Source of the DNA: Pedosphaera sp.
Lineage (GTDB): Bacteria; Verrucomicrobiota; Verrucomicrobiia; Limisphaerales; SIBH01
NCBI GenBank assembly: GCA_031414955.1
Contig: JANOQV010000164.1
Location: 1-64,000 of the forward strand
Reading direction: 5' to 3'
Length of the DNA stretch: 64,000 bases
In this document: in pieces, positions 22,272-32,161 of the stretch
How positions within the stretch are numbered: the first letter of the stretch is position 1
How the letters are laid out: every line of letters starts with the position of its first letter
Position numbers and translations under genes: made by a program
The notes under the pieces: model-generated
The model's input: the letters and a program-made list of their open reading frames with translations, nothing else
Databases searched by the model: none
What the model was told of the DNA's origin: nothing

Positions 22272-25200
22272 ATGAACCAAGACCGGCCGGGCACGGCCAC
22301 CTCCACAACTTGTCCGAATTGCGGCGCGACCGTGGCTGTTGACGCCGTGGCCGGGCTGTGCCGCAAATGTCTGCTCCGCGGACTGGTCAGCGGTCTGGCG
22401 GAGTCGGGCGATTCCCACGGTTCCTTCGGCGAGTACGAGTTGCTGGGTGAGATCGCGCGCGGCGGCATGGGGGTGGTGTATCGGGCCCGGCTCAAGTCGC
22501 TCAACCGCGTGGTCGCGCTCAAGGTGATCCAGGCGGGGCGCCTGGCCAGCGCGGCGGAGGTGAAGCGCTTCCAAATCGAAGCCGAGGCCGCCGCCCGGCT
22601 GGAACATCCGAACATTGTGCCCATCTATGAAGTGGGCGAGCACGACGCCCGGCCCTACTTCACCATGAAACTGGTGGAGGGCGGGAGCCTGGCGGACCGG
22701 TGTTCGGAGCTTCGGGTTTCGGGTTTCGGGTGGGAAGACGCCCCGGCCTACGCGGACCGCCTAACCCGAAACGTGAAACTCGTGGCCACAGTGGCGCGCG
22801 CCGTTCATTACGCGCATCAACGCGGGATTCTGCATCGCGACCTCAAGCCGGCCAACATCCTCATCGATGCGCAGGGCGAGCCGCACGTCACCGACTTCGG
22901 GCTGGCCAAGCAACTGGAGAGCGTGGGCGACCTGACGTTGAGCGGAGCGGTGATCGGCACGCCCAGCTACATGGCACCGGAGCAAGCGGCCGGGAAAAGC
23001 AAGGAAGTCACGACGGCGGCGGACGTGTATAGCCTGGGCGCGATTCTCTACGAACTGCTGGCCGGCCGGCCACCCTTCCAGGCCGACACGCCATTGGCCA
23101 CGATGCGGATGGTGCTCGAGGAGGAGCCGGTGCCGCCCAGTCGATTTCCAATTTCAGATTCACGATTAACGAGCGGCGCGACCACAGGGTGCGTCAATCG
23201 AAAATCGAAAATCGTTAGTCCGGTGGACCGCGACCTGGAAACCATCTGTCTCAAGTGCCTGCAAAAGAATCCCGCGCACCGTTACCCCTCGGCCGAGGCG
23301 CTGGCGGAGGACATGGAGCGCTGGCTCCGGCAGGAGCCGATCAAGGCGCGCCCCAGCACGATTCACGAACGCGCGGTCAAATGGACCCGGCGTCATCCAG
23401 CCCGGACTGGATTGATCGTTGTCAGCGTGGTGGCGGCACTCGGATTTGTCACCCTCCTCCTGATCAGCGGAGAGCGACTCCAGCGTGAGCGCAATGACGC
23501 TGTCGCCCAGGGACAAAAGGCCACCGTGGCGGCGGCGCGCGCCGACGCGGAAGCGAAACGAGCCAATGAGGCCAAAGCGCAAACCCGCCAGAACCTCTAC
23601 GCCGCCGACATGATGCTTGCCCAGCACGCTCTGGATGACGGCAATCTGGGTTTGGCCCGCCGCCTGGTCGAGGCGCATCGACCCGCCCAAAATCAAGAAG
23701 ACCTGCGCGGCTTCGAGTGGCGCCACTTGTGGAAACAATGCCAGGGCGATCAACTCCACACGCTCCACGGCCATTCGAACGGCGTTCACTCCGTGGCCTT
23801 CTCGCGTGACGGCAAGTTGCTGGCTTCCGGCGATCGCGCGGGTGCGGTCAAACTCTGGAATGTTGCCACCCGCCGCCCATTCGACACGCTGGCCGCCGGT
23901 CGGCGCCCCATTGTGCGGGTCTCGTTCTCCGCCGACGGCCAGGCGCTGGCCACAGCGGATGAATCGGGATTGATCAACGTCTGGGATCTCGCCACGCGGG
24001 CCGCGTTGTGGACCCATCAAGGGAGAAATCCGCGCGGCGTCCAACTCTCCCCCACCGGCACCTGGATCGGTTTCACGGAAGGTCCGGAAGGCTCGGGGAT
24101 TCATGTCACCAACTCGGCGGCCTGCGTCGTGGATTGGGTCACGGGGCGGGAGGTGCTGCGGGTCGCGGCGCAGGACTTCGAAGGCTTTGCGCCGGAGGGC
24201 GAACGGGCCTATCTCACGGGTGCCCGGCCCAGCCGCGCGGAACTTTGGGATCTGGCCACCGGACAACGCCTCCAGACGTTCCCCGGTTTGGAGGCCTGGG
24301 TTTTTCCGTCCCCGAACGGTCGTATCGTGGCGGGACTCCCTTATTGGCGAACCGAAATTACCTTCATCGATCTGGCGGACCACAAGCCGCCGGCGTTGCT
24401 CCGGTTGAACAGTGGCGCGGCTTTGAGTCTGGCCTTCTCGCCGGACAGCAAGCTGCTGGCTGGTGCCGTGACCGATCAAACCGTGCGCATTTGGGACGTG
24501 TCGAGCCAGCGGGAAGTGGCCCGGTTCCGGGGGCACGTCGATGCTGTCACGGGCGTGGCGTTTTCGCCCGATGGCCAGGTTCTGGCCACGTCGAGCGCGG
24601 ATCACACCGTGATGTTCTGGCCGATGGACGGGCAGAAGAATACCGAGATCATTTCGGAGGCGTGGCCTCCATACCTCCTGTCTCCCGACGGCAAGACCCT
24701 CGCCGCTTTCGACAAGCATGTGGCGGCGAAGAAGATCGTCATCTGGGACACGGCCACTCACCAAGCCACGGCGCTGACCAAACCCGGCGAGCCACTGGTG
24801 CCGGAGTTTTTTTCCGCCGACAGCCGGACACTGGTGGCGCGAGCCGAGCCGACGCCCGAAGGTTTCCTGCCGTTGCTGAGTTGGGATTTGAATGCTCCAG
24901 CCCGCCCGCCCAGAACGATGTTGCTCAATGTCCAGGATACGAACGCCGTCTTCGGCGCGGCTTCCGCACTGGAAGCGCCCGTCTATGCCTTGCGACAGGT
25001 GCAGAACCAGGCGATCACGCTTTGGAACCCGCTCACCGGCGAGGCGCTGGGCCAGTTGCGCAAACAGTGGCTCGGCAAGCCGTGGAAATTATCGCCGGAC
25101 GGGCACAAGCTGGTCGGGTTCGGGTCCATGTTTCAATTCAGCCTCACCGATCTGGCGACGCCGAATAAACCCGCTTTCGCCCGACTGCCCGTCGCCGCAG

Positions 25201-25565
25201 TGCGCGGCATGGCGTTCTCGCCGGACGGCCACATCCTGGCCATCGCCTGCTCCGACCACACCATCCGGCTCTACGATACCGGCACCTGCAAGGAAGTGGC
25301 GTTCCTCTCGGGCCACCAGCAGGGCGTCGAGGACGTGGCCTTCTCGCCGGATGGCCGCACGCTGGCCTCCTGTAGCGTGGGCGGTGTGGTGAAGCTGTGG
25401 TCCTGGGCGACTCGCCGCGAAGTGGCGACGCTCATCCGAGGCACCGTGGACTTCGGTTTCGTCGCCTTCACGCGCGACAACAATACGCTGCTGGCGGCGG
25501 ACTCGAGTGGCCGGGTCCACTTCTTCCGCGCCCCCGCCCTGGCGGAGATCGACGGGCCGCGGTAG
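22272..25565 (+). CDS. Hanks-type Ser/Thr protein kinase with N-terminal Cys motif, TM helix and WD40 repeats (paralog of 19022-22249)
   Basis: same catalytic motifs; kinase domain near-identical to the upstream paralog; WD40 repeats divergent. Confidence 0.95.
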   Translation: MNQDRPGTATSTTCPNCGATVAVDAVAGLCRKCLLRGLVSGLAESGDSHGSFGEYELLGEIARGGMGVVYRARLKSLNRVVALKVIQAGRLASAAEVKRFQIEAEAAARLEHPNIVPIYEVGEHDARPYFTMKLVEGGSLADRCSELRVSGFGWEDAPAYADRLTRNVKLVATVARAVHYAHQRGILHRDLKPANILIDAQGEPHVTDFGLAKQLESVGDLTLSGAVIGTPSYMAPEQAAGKSKEVTTAADVYSLGAILYELLAGRPPFQADTPLATMRMVLEEEPVPPSRFPISDSRLTSGATTGCVNRKSKIVSPVDRDLETICLKCLQKNPAHRYPSAEALAEDMERWLRQEPIKARPSTIHERAVKWTRRHPARTGLIVVSVVAALGFVTLLLISGERLQRERNDAVAQGQKATVAAARADAEAKRANEAKAQTRQNLYAADMMLAQHALDDGNLGLARRLVEAHRPAQNQEDLRGFEWRHLWKQCQGDQLHTLHGHSNGVHSVAFSRDGKLLASGDRAGAVKLWNVATRRPFDTLAAGRRPIVRVSFSADGQALATADESGLINVWDLATRAALWTHQGRNPRGVQLSPTGTWIGFTEGPEGSGIHVTNSAACVVDWVTGREVLRVAAQDFEGFAPEGERAYLTGARPSRAELWDLATGQRLQTFPGLEAWVFPSPNGRIVAGLPYWRTEITFIDLADHKPPALLRLNSGAALSLAFSPDSKLLAGAVTDQTVRIWDVSSQREVARFRGHVDAVTGVAFSPDGQVLATSSADHTVMFWPMDGQKNTEIISEAWPPYLLSPDGKTLAAFDKHVAAKKIVIWDTATHQATALTKPGEPLVPEFFSADSRTLVARAEPTPEGFLPLLSWDLNAPARPPRTMLLNVQDTNAVFGAASALEAPVYALRQVQNQAITLWNPLTGEALGQLRKQWLGKPWKLSPDGHKLVGFGSMFQFSLTDLATPNKPAFARLPVAAVRGMAFSPDGHILAIACSDHTIRLYDTGTCKEVAFLSGHQQGVEDVAFSPDGRTLASCSVGGVVKLWSWATRREVATLIRGTVDFGFVAFTRDNNTLLAADSSGRVHFFRAPALAEIDGPR
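22698..22782. repeat. in-frame imperfect palindrome of heptamer repeats (GTTTCGG/CCGAAAC-type), kinase 2 loop A
   Basis: gcttcgg-gtttcgg-gtttcgg ... acccgaa-acgtgaa-actcg. Confidence 0.7.
23142..23220. repeat. in-frame imperfect palindrome of heptamer repeats (CGATTTT/AAAATCG-type), kinase 2 loop B
   Basis: cgatttc-caatttc-agattca-cgattaa-cga ... aatcgaa-aatcgaa-aatcgtt. Confidence 0.75.
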
Positions 25566-25779
25566 CGGGGGAACGCGGTGACACGCCGCTTCGCAGTCCG
25601 AACCGCCCGCCGTCATCGACGCGCCAGAATCGCTGCGACCTCAACCGGTGCCCCCGGCCGAACAGGCTGAAACCCGAACGCCAACTCCCCTCCCGAAAGA
25701 TTCATAAAAAAAGTGGAGAACTATTTCCGGGAAATCCTTTTGGAACGCCCGGAATGAGTTTTCCAAACGCAAACGATTT

Positions 25780-28700
25780 ATGAATACCGCACTGCTCCGC
25801 CTGGCCCGCATTCTTTGTCCCCAATTCGTCCTTCCCACCTCCGCCAATTCATCCCGCTCAACCAGGGCCGGGCGGTGCAGCCCGGGCCGCGCGTGGTGGC
25901 TGGCCGCCGCGCTGGTTTGCGCCGCGCCTCTCGCTGGCTGGTCGTTGCAAGTGCAGGCCGACTGGGAGCGAGCCTTCATCGGAAGCTCGCCGCAGATTTA
26001 CGCGCTGACGCGCGCGGAGGGGACCAACGCCTACGCCATCAAGACCGACGCCGAGGGCAATGTGTATGTGGGCACGACGACGCAGCGCGGCGCCGGCATC
26101 TTTGACGCCGACATGCTGCTCCTGAAATACAATTGCAAGGGAACTTTGATTTGGTCGCGGACGTTCAACAGCGGGCCGGGCCTGAACGATTACCTTTCCA
26201 GCATCGACCTTGATGCCGCAGGCAACATCTTTATCACTGGCTTCAGTGAAACCACGACCGGTTTTGGCGCGCCCCGGCGTTGGATGACCTTGAGGTACTC
26301 GCCGGCGGGCGTCATCTCCTGGGGGCCGAACATTTATGGCACGGCTCACGGCTTGACCATCCCCCGGGCCATCGCCATCGATGGTTTCGGCGACGTGGTG
26401 GTGTCGGGCATTGACATGGTGGCCGGCACGCCGCGCATCTCGATGGTCAAGTACTGCGGGCAGAATGGCGGCCTGCTCGGGTCCGCCGCCGCGACCACCG
26501 TGCCCGGCCCGGCCAGCATGGTGCATCCGCAATTCCAGTCCGGCGGCACGCCCATGGCTCTGGATCGATTCGGCAACGCCATCGTCGCGGGCTGGATTGA
26601 TCAGCCGAGTTCGGTCGCGCAATGTCTGACCGTCAAATTCAAGTGCGAGAGCATCTCGGCCTGCAACTACGGCGGCACGTTTCTCTACGATGCTCTGCTC
26701 CATGCCGGCAGCGGCCAGCAACTGGGCTACGCGGTGGCTTTGAATCAGAACACCTCGCCCCAAATGATTTACGTGCTTGGGTTTGACCGGCTCAACAATC
26801 GTTGGACCGTGGTCAGCTATCGCGACAATCCATCCGTTTCCATCAGCCTCAACACCACTTGGGGCGGGAGCGGAGTGGTGAATTACAATTTTCCCGGCAG
26901 CACGGCCAACGATCCGAGCGCCATCGCCGTGGCGGCGAATGGCCAGGTGGTGGCCACGGGGGCGACCACGGTCTCCGGCCGCTCCGATTACCTCACCGTG
27001 AAGTGGAACGCCAATGGCATCATCCCCGGCGTCTGGCCGCCCATTCGCACCAGCACGCCGGCGTTCTTCTTCGCCTACGACGGGCTCAAGGCCACGGCGG
27101 TCAAACTGGACGCTGCCGGCAATGTTTACGTGACGGGTGCTGGCCACAGCCTGGTGAACGGCACGACCGATTTCCTTACCATCCGTTATGGTCTGGCTCC
27201 GCTGCCGCTGACGCCGGAAGACTGGTGGGTCATCCGCAACTACCCGAACGTGGGCAGCACCACCTATCACGACAAAGGCGTGGCCATGACGCTGGATGCG
27301 AGCGGTCATGTCTATGTCACCGGTCCTTCCTTGCAGGTCTCGGGTGCGGCACCGACTCGGGCCGACACGGTCAAGTACTGCCAGGGTCCGCCGGCCAATG
27401 ACACCTGCGCCACGGCTCCCTTTGTCTCCTCCGGCACGACCGCATTCAGCACCTGCTTCGCGAACAGCACCAGTCCCACGGTTAGCCCCTGCGGCGCGGA
27501 CAATCAGGATGTGTGGTTTCGCTGGCGGGCGCCGTGCAACGGCCTGGTCGATATGGATACGTTTGGCAGTTGCTTCGACACGGTGCTCACGGTGTATGAC
27601 GCGGGGGTCGCCGGGACGTGCGCCACGCTGGGCGCGGTTCAGATTTGCGATGACAACGCCCTCGCCGGCCGGCCCGCCGGAACGCCGCAATCTTACGGGA
27701 CGTTCTCGGCCATTGCGGGCCATGTTTATTACATCCAAATCGGCGGAGGCACTGGTGCCAGCGGCCCGACCGGGGACGGGCGTCTGACCATCTTTGGACC
27801 GTATCCGCCGGTGGGCACTTGTCCGTCGTCAGGCACTTGGGGTCCGTGGCGTGTGTTCAAACTGACCGGCTCCGGCAATGGTTCCAACTGGCGCTGGTCC
27901 ATCGCGGCACCTTGCTGCATGAACTTGCAGGGCACGGCCTTCGGTCCGATTGCCGGGTCTTCGCCCAGCACTCTCGCCACCGTGTTCGCGGCCAGCATCA
28001 ACGCCGCCTGCCCCGGCATGGCGGTTGCCATGGGCAACACGTTGGCGGTTCGTGCCCAATGTGCGGGGCCGTTTGACTTTCGCGTGGGCCAGGCGACAAC
28101 ACCGTTCAACGCTCTCTGCCTGGTGCCGAATCTTTCGCCCGGCGGGCTGACCACGGCCACGACGCCGGGCGTCTGCCGGTTCAACCCGGAGATAGAAGAG
28201 CAGCCTGATCCGCTGCCGGACTGCAACGGCAACGGCGTGCCGGACCACATCGACATCGATCTGGGCACGAGCCTGGACCTGAACGAGAACGGCATTCCTG
28301 ATGAGTGCGACTCTCCGGTGGTGCAGACGATCACGAACAGCGTGGTGGCCGGGTACAACCTCATCGCGGTGCCATTGGTGAGCAGCAACAACCTGCTCGG
28401 GACGGTGCTGCCCGGCGCACAGGATGGCGACCAGGTCTTCCGGTGGAATGTGGTCACCCAGGATTTCGTGGACTCGGATGTTTATGTGGCTGGCTTGGGC
28501 TGGATTGATGCCTTCACCGGCGATCCTTCGGCCACCACGATTTCACCGGGTGAGGGCGCGTTCTATCTCACCTCCGTTGGCCGCACTTGGAGCTTCACCG
28601 GCACTCCGATTCAATCGACGCTGCCGATCTTCGCCACGCCCGGTTCGTTGACCCTGGCCAGCCGGCAGGTGCCTGGGACTGGCAGTTGGGAGAACATCAC

Positions 28701-31700
28701 CGGACTGCCGCAGGAACCAGGCTCGCAACTCATCCGCTTCGATCCCTTGACGCAAGATTACGTCAGCAACTCGTTCAACGGGAACGTGTGGTCGGGCGGC
28801 GCACCGTCGGTGAATTCCGGCGAGTCGGCGTTCATCCTCCGGGCGCTCTCCTCGCTCCTCTCCTTTGATTGCGTGAGCAACAAGACCGTGTTCAGCAGCA
28901 ACTCGTGGAGCTTCGATCTGCCCACCGCGACGACCACCTGCCCGTTGAGCAACGTCGTCATCACGGTCCAGAGCACCGTGACCAACAGCTATTGCCCGCT
29001 GATTCTCACGCGCACCTGGCAGGCCACGGATGGTTGCAGCAACAGCGCCATCTGCAGCCAGATGGTCACCGTCATCAACACCACGCCGCTCGACATCCAT
29101 TGCCCGAGCAACATCGTGGTCAGCACGACCGGCTCGAACGTGGTCGTCAACTTCACGCCCACCTACAGCGGCGGCACCTTCAGCGGCTGTGTGCCGCCGA
29201 GCGGTTACGCCTTCCCGGTGGGCACGACCACGGTGACTTGCTACATCGACAACGGCTGCACCACCAACGCCTGCACCTTCAGCGTCACGGTCAACGGCAG
29301 CGGCCCGCCCGACATCACCCAGCCGCCGGTCAGTCAGGTCGCGACCCAGGGGCAGTTCGTCTCCTTCGAGGTGCTGGTCGCGGGGGCTGGTCCGTTGACC
29401 TTCCAATGGCACTTCAACGGGCAGCGGATTCTCGAGGCTCAGGATGATCGCATCCTCACCATCGCGAATGTGCAGCCGGCGAATTTCGGCTCTTACTTCG
29501 TCGTGGTGAGCAACTCGCTCGGCACCGTGACCAGCGCGGTGGCCACGCTGGCGGTGATCGCGAATCCGGTGGCGACGCCGGAGTGTTGCGGAGTGAAGCC
29601 GACTTTCTCTGGAGTCCCTCCGCCAGCCACGTACGCGGGCTTTGCCGGGCAAATCGCAGCCGTCACCAGCTTCTCGTTCGACCTGAACGCGCCGGTGCTT
29701 TCCATCTTCGATGTGCAGAACTCCGCCGCGCCGGTGAATGTGAATTATCCCGCGCCGGTGTTTACCGGCCCGGCCAGCGCGCCTTGGACCAAGGCCCGGC
29801 TCGGCAACATCTTCGGCCTTTGCTTCGACGGCGCGGGCAACATCTACGTGGCGGCCTCGGCCATTTACAACGAGACGCCGGACACGGCCGGGCCAGGCGG
29901 GCTGGGCGCGGTGTACAAGATTGATGGCGTCACCGGCGTCATCACCACCTTCGCCGTCCTGCCCAACGCGGGCAAAGCCAGCCTGGGCAACATCAAATAC
30001 TCCTGCCAGCACGCGAATTTCTACGTCTCCAACCTGGGCGATGGACTCATCTACCGGCTGGACCTCAACGGCAACATCATCGGCACCTTTGATCACGGGG
30101 CCGGTTTGCCCACGGCCGCGCCGCCTTTCCCCGCCATTCTCGACAACCCGGTCGATGCCTACACGCAGTTGGGCCGCCGCGTCTTCGGACTCAAGCCGCA
30201 CAACGGTCGCCTTTATTACGGCGTGTGGTGGGAACATAATGGCGCGCCAGATCCATTGCATGACAACGAGATTTGGTCCGTAGCCTTGAACTCCTCCGGC
30301 GCGCCCATCGCCGGCACCCAGGCGCGGGAGATCATCCAGCCACCCAAGGCCGTTGGCGGCAACTATTCCAATCCATGCTCGGACATCAGCTTCAGCCCCG
30401 CCGGCCAGATGCTGTTCGCCGAGCGCACCTTGACGAGCGACAGCTTGTCCTGGGCGCACGGCTCGCGCATCGTCGAGGCCTCGGGGTGCTGCGGCGCCTG
30501 GTCGCTCAACCTCACGAAATACTTCGCCAATCCGTGCTTTGGACCCAGCAGCGCGGGCGGTGTGGATTATGACCGTTCCGCGGGCGGCCGGGTCTGGGCC
30601 ACGGGTGACGCGCTGCATTTCATAGGTTGCGCGGGTCATTCAGATTACATCTACGGAATTTTTGGCCTGCCACTGGCCGGTGGCAACACGCTCAACAGCG
30701 TGCTCATCAATGTGGATGGTCTGACCGGCGTCGGCAACAAGACGCAGATCGGGGACGTGGAACTGCCGTGTCCCCCGCCCCGTTGTCTGGTCGTGACCAA
30801 TGAGGTGTTGAACTGCATCAGCAACAACGGCACTTACTCGTACAAGTTCTGCGCTACGAACTTCTTCAACGGGCCGATTAGCCACATCACGCTTTTGGAC
30901 CCGCCGCCCGGCGTCACGTTCACGCCGGACATCATCAACCTCGCCACGCCGTTGTTGCCGGGTCAGGGCAACTGCTTCGAGGTGACGGTGCGCTACACCG
31001 GCACGGGGCCGACCAACGTCTGCTTCCGCTTCGGCGCGCACAACTCCAACTTCGTCCAGTGCTGCGCCAGCCCGCACTGCGTGGTGCTGCCGGACTGCTG
31101 CGCCTACATTTACAACGAGAGCCTGACGCCCATCCCCGGTCAGGGCGGCTGCTACAATTACACCTTCACCGTCCGGAACGTGGTTTGGCCGCCGACGCCC
31201 ATCCAATACCTCATCCTCGTGAGTGATCCGCCAAACACCTGTTTCAGCATCACGCCGGACGTTCTTTACTTCAGCACGCCGTTGCTGCCGAACCAGTCCG
31301 CCACGCGCACGGTCAAGGTTTGCAGCACGGCCAATCCGCCGTGCCCGCAGCCTTTCTGCTTCCAGTTCTCCCTGCACGACACGAACTTCCTCCGCTGCTG
31401 CGCCACGCGGCGTTGCGCGCCGAAAGCCAAGGGGCCGATCAAGTTCGCCGACGGCCTGGACGGCTCGGCCTATCTCGCCGGGGCCAACATCAGTCTGCCG
31501 GTGGTGGTGGACGCCTCGTTCGTGGAGCCGGCCCTGGTCACGGCCTATGAGGGTTCAAATGTCCTCCGGACCATCGTGGATCCAACGGACGGTCAGCACG
31601 ACGACTGGTTCGTGTTGAGCAACGCCGTCAGCGGTGCCTACACCCTGCGACTCCAGGAGACGGACACGCTCGGTGGCGAGTGGGAAGCCGATCCGATTAC

Positions 31701-31965
31701 GGTGTTCGTCTATGGCGTGATCGAGCCGTTGCCCGACCCGGTGAACTCGGGTCCGCGCTTCCTGACTCCGACGTTGCTGGATGGGAAAGTCAGTCTCTCC
31801 CTCGCGACCGAACTCGGCGTGACTTACCGGATCGAATACACGGAGTCGCTCACGGTGCCGAACTGGCAAACGCTCCACACCCTGCTTGGGGACGGCTCGG
31901 TGATGTCGCGCACCGACCCGCTGGTCAACGGGCCGCAGCGGTTCTACCGCATCCGCACGCCCTGA
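25780..31965 (+). CDS. 2061-aa secreted Cys-rich modular protein: SBBP-type propeller repeats, PPC-like domain, Ca-binding DxNxNG repeats, HYR, Ig, second propeller, two Cys-rich repeats, FYR tail
   Basis: DAxGNVYVxG repeats; PPANDTCATA...DVWF...FDTVLTVY; DCNGNGVPD/DLNENGIPDEC; PPSGYAFPVGTTTVTC; LTFQWHFNG; ends QRFYRIRTP. Confidence 0.85.
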   Translation: MNTALLRLARILCPQFVLPTSANSSRSTRAGRCSPGRAWWLAAALVCAAPLAGWSLQVQADWERAFIGSSPQIYALTRAEGTNAYAIKTDAEGNVYVGTTTQRGAGIFDADMLLLKYNCKGTLIWSRTFNSGPGLNDYLSSIDLDAAGNIFITGFSETTTGFGAPRRWMTLRYSPAGVISWGPNIYGTAHGLTIPRAIAIDGFGDVVVSGIDMVAGTPRISMVKYCGQNGGLLGSAAATTVPGPASMVHPQFQSGGTPMALDRFGNAIVAGWIDQPSSVAQCLTVKFKCESISACNYGGTFLYDALLHAGSGQQLGYAVALNQNTSPQMIYVLGFDRLNNRWTVVSYRDNPSVSISLNTTWGGSGVVNYNFPGSTANDPSAIAVAANGQVVATGATTVSGRSDYLTVKWNANGIIPGVWPPIRTSTPAFFFAYDGLKATAVKLDAAGNVYVTGAGHSLVNGTTDFLTIRYGLAPLPLTPEDWWVIRNYPNVGSTTYHDKGVAMTLDASGHVYVTGPSLQVSGAAPTRADTVKYCQGPPANDTCATAPFVSSGTTAFSTCFANSTSPTVSPCGADNQDVWFRWRAPCNGLVDMDTFGSCFDTVLTVYDAGVAGTCATLGAVQICDDNALAGRPAGTPQSYGTFSAIAGHVYYIQIGGGTGASGPTGDGRLTIFGPYPPVGTCPSSGTWGPWRVFKLTGSGNGSNWRWSIAAPCCMNLQGTAFGPIAGSSPSTLATVFAASINAACPGMAVAMGNTLAVRAQCAGPFDFRVGQATTPFNALCLVPNLSPGGLTTATTPGVCRFNPEIEEQPDPLPDCNGNGVPDHIDIDLGTSLDLNENGIPDECDSPVVQTITNSVVAGYNLIAVPLVSSNNLLGTVLPGAQDGDQVFRWNVVTQDFVDSDVYVAGLGWIDAFTGDPSATTISPGEGAFYLTSVGRTWSFTGTPIQSTLPIFATPGSLTLASRQVPGTGSWENITGLPQEPGSQLIRFDPLTQDYVSNSFNGNVWSGGAPSVNSGESAFILRALSSLLSFDCVSNKTVFSSNSWSFDLPTATTTCPLSNVVITVQSTVTNSYCPLILTRTWQATDGCSNSAICSQMVTVINTTPLDIHCPSNIVVSTTGSNVVVNFTPTYSGGTFSGCVPPSGYAFPVGTTTVTCYIDNGCTTNACTFSVTVNGSGPPDITQPPVSQVATQGQFVSFEVLVAGAGPLTFQWHFNGQRILEAQDDRILTIANVQPANFGSYFVVVSNSLGTVTSAVATLAVIANPVATPECCGVKPTFSGVPPPATYAGFAGQIAAVTSFSFDLNAPVLSIFDVQNSAAPVNVNYPAPVFTGPASAPWTKARLGNIFGLCFDGAGNIYVAASAIYNETPDTAGPGGLGAVYKIDGVTGVITTFAVLPNAGKASLGNIKYSCQHANFYVSNLGDGLIYRLDLNGNIIGTFDHGAGLPTAAPPFPAILDNPVDAYTQLGRRVFGLKPHNGRLYYGVWWEHNGAPDPLHDNEIWSVALNSSGAPIAGTQAREIIQPPKAVGGNYSNPCSDISFSPAGQMLFAERTLTSDSLSWAHGSRIVEASGCCGAWSLNLTKYFANPCFGPSSAGGVDYDRSAGGRVWATGDALHFIGCAGHSDYIYGIFGLPLAGGNTLNSVLINVDGLTGVGNKTQIGDVELPCPPPRCLVVTNEVLNCISNNGTYSYKFCATNFFNGPISHITLLDPPPGVTFTPDIINLATPLLPGQGNCFEVTVRYTGTGPTNVCFRFGAHNSNFVQCCASPHCVVLPDCCAYIYNESLTPIPGQGGCYNYTFTVRNVVWPPTPIQYLILVSDPPNTCFSITPDVLYFSTPLLPNQSATRTVKVCSTANPPCPQPFCFQFSLHDTNFLRCCATRRCAPKAKGPIKFADGLDGSAYLAGANISLPVVVDASFVEPALVTAYEGSNVLRTIVDPTDGQHDDWFVLSNAVSGAYTLRLQETDTLGGEWEADPITVFVYGVIEPLPDPVNSGPRFLTPTLLDGKVSLSLATELGVTYRIEYTESLTVPNWQTLHTLLGDGSVMSRTDPLVNGPQRFYRIRTP

Positions 31966-32161
31966 GAAAAACCTGCTTGGTCCGGAGCCGCTCGCCAACG
32001 CCGGCTCTGGCCCGAGGTGCTTTGAGGATGAGAATGAATTTCCAGAAACCGAGGACGGTAATTGAAACCGGCGTGAGCCGAGGACACCGCCTCGTACAAC
32101 CAAACAGCAGAGCAATGACCATGAAAACAAGCCCCAAACAGCAGTTAGCTCAGAAAATATT

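Noticed and set aside
19445..23220. Diversity-generating retroelement, intein or intron explanation for the kinase inserts
   Set aside because: No reverse transcriptase, no template/variable repeat pair differing at adenines, and no intein or intron terminal motifs in the window.
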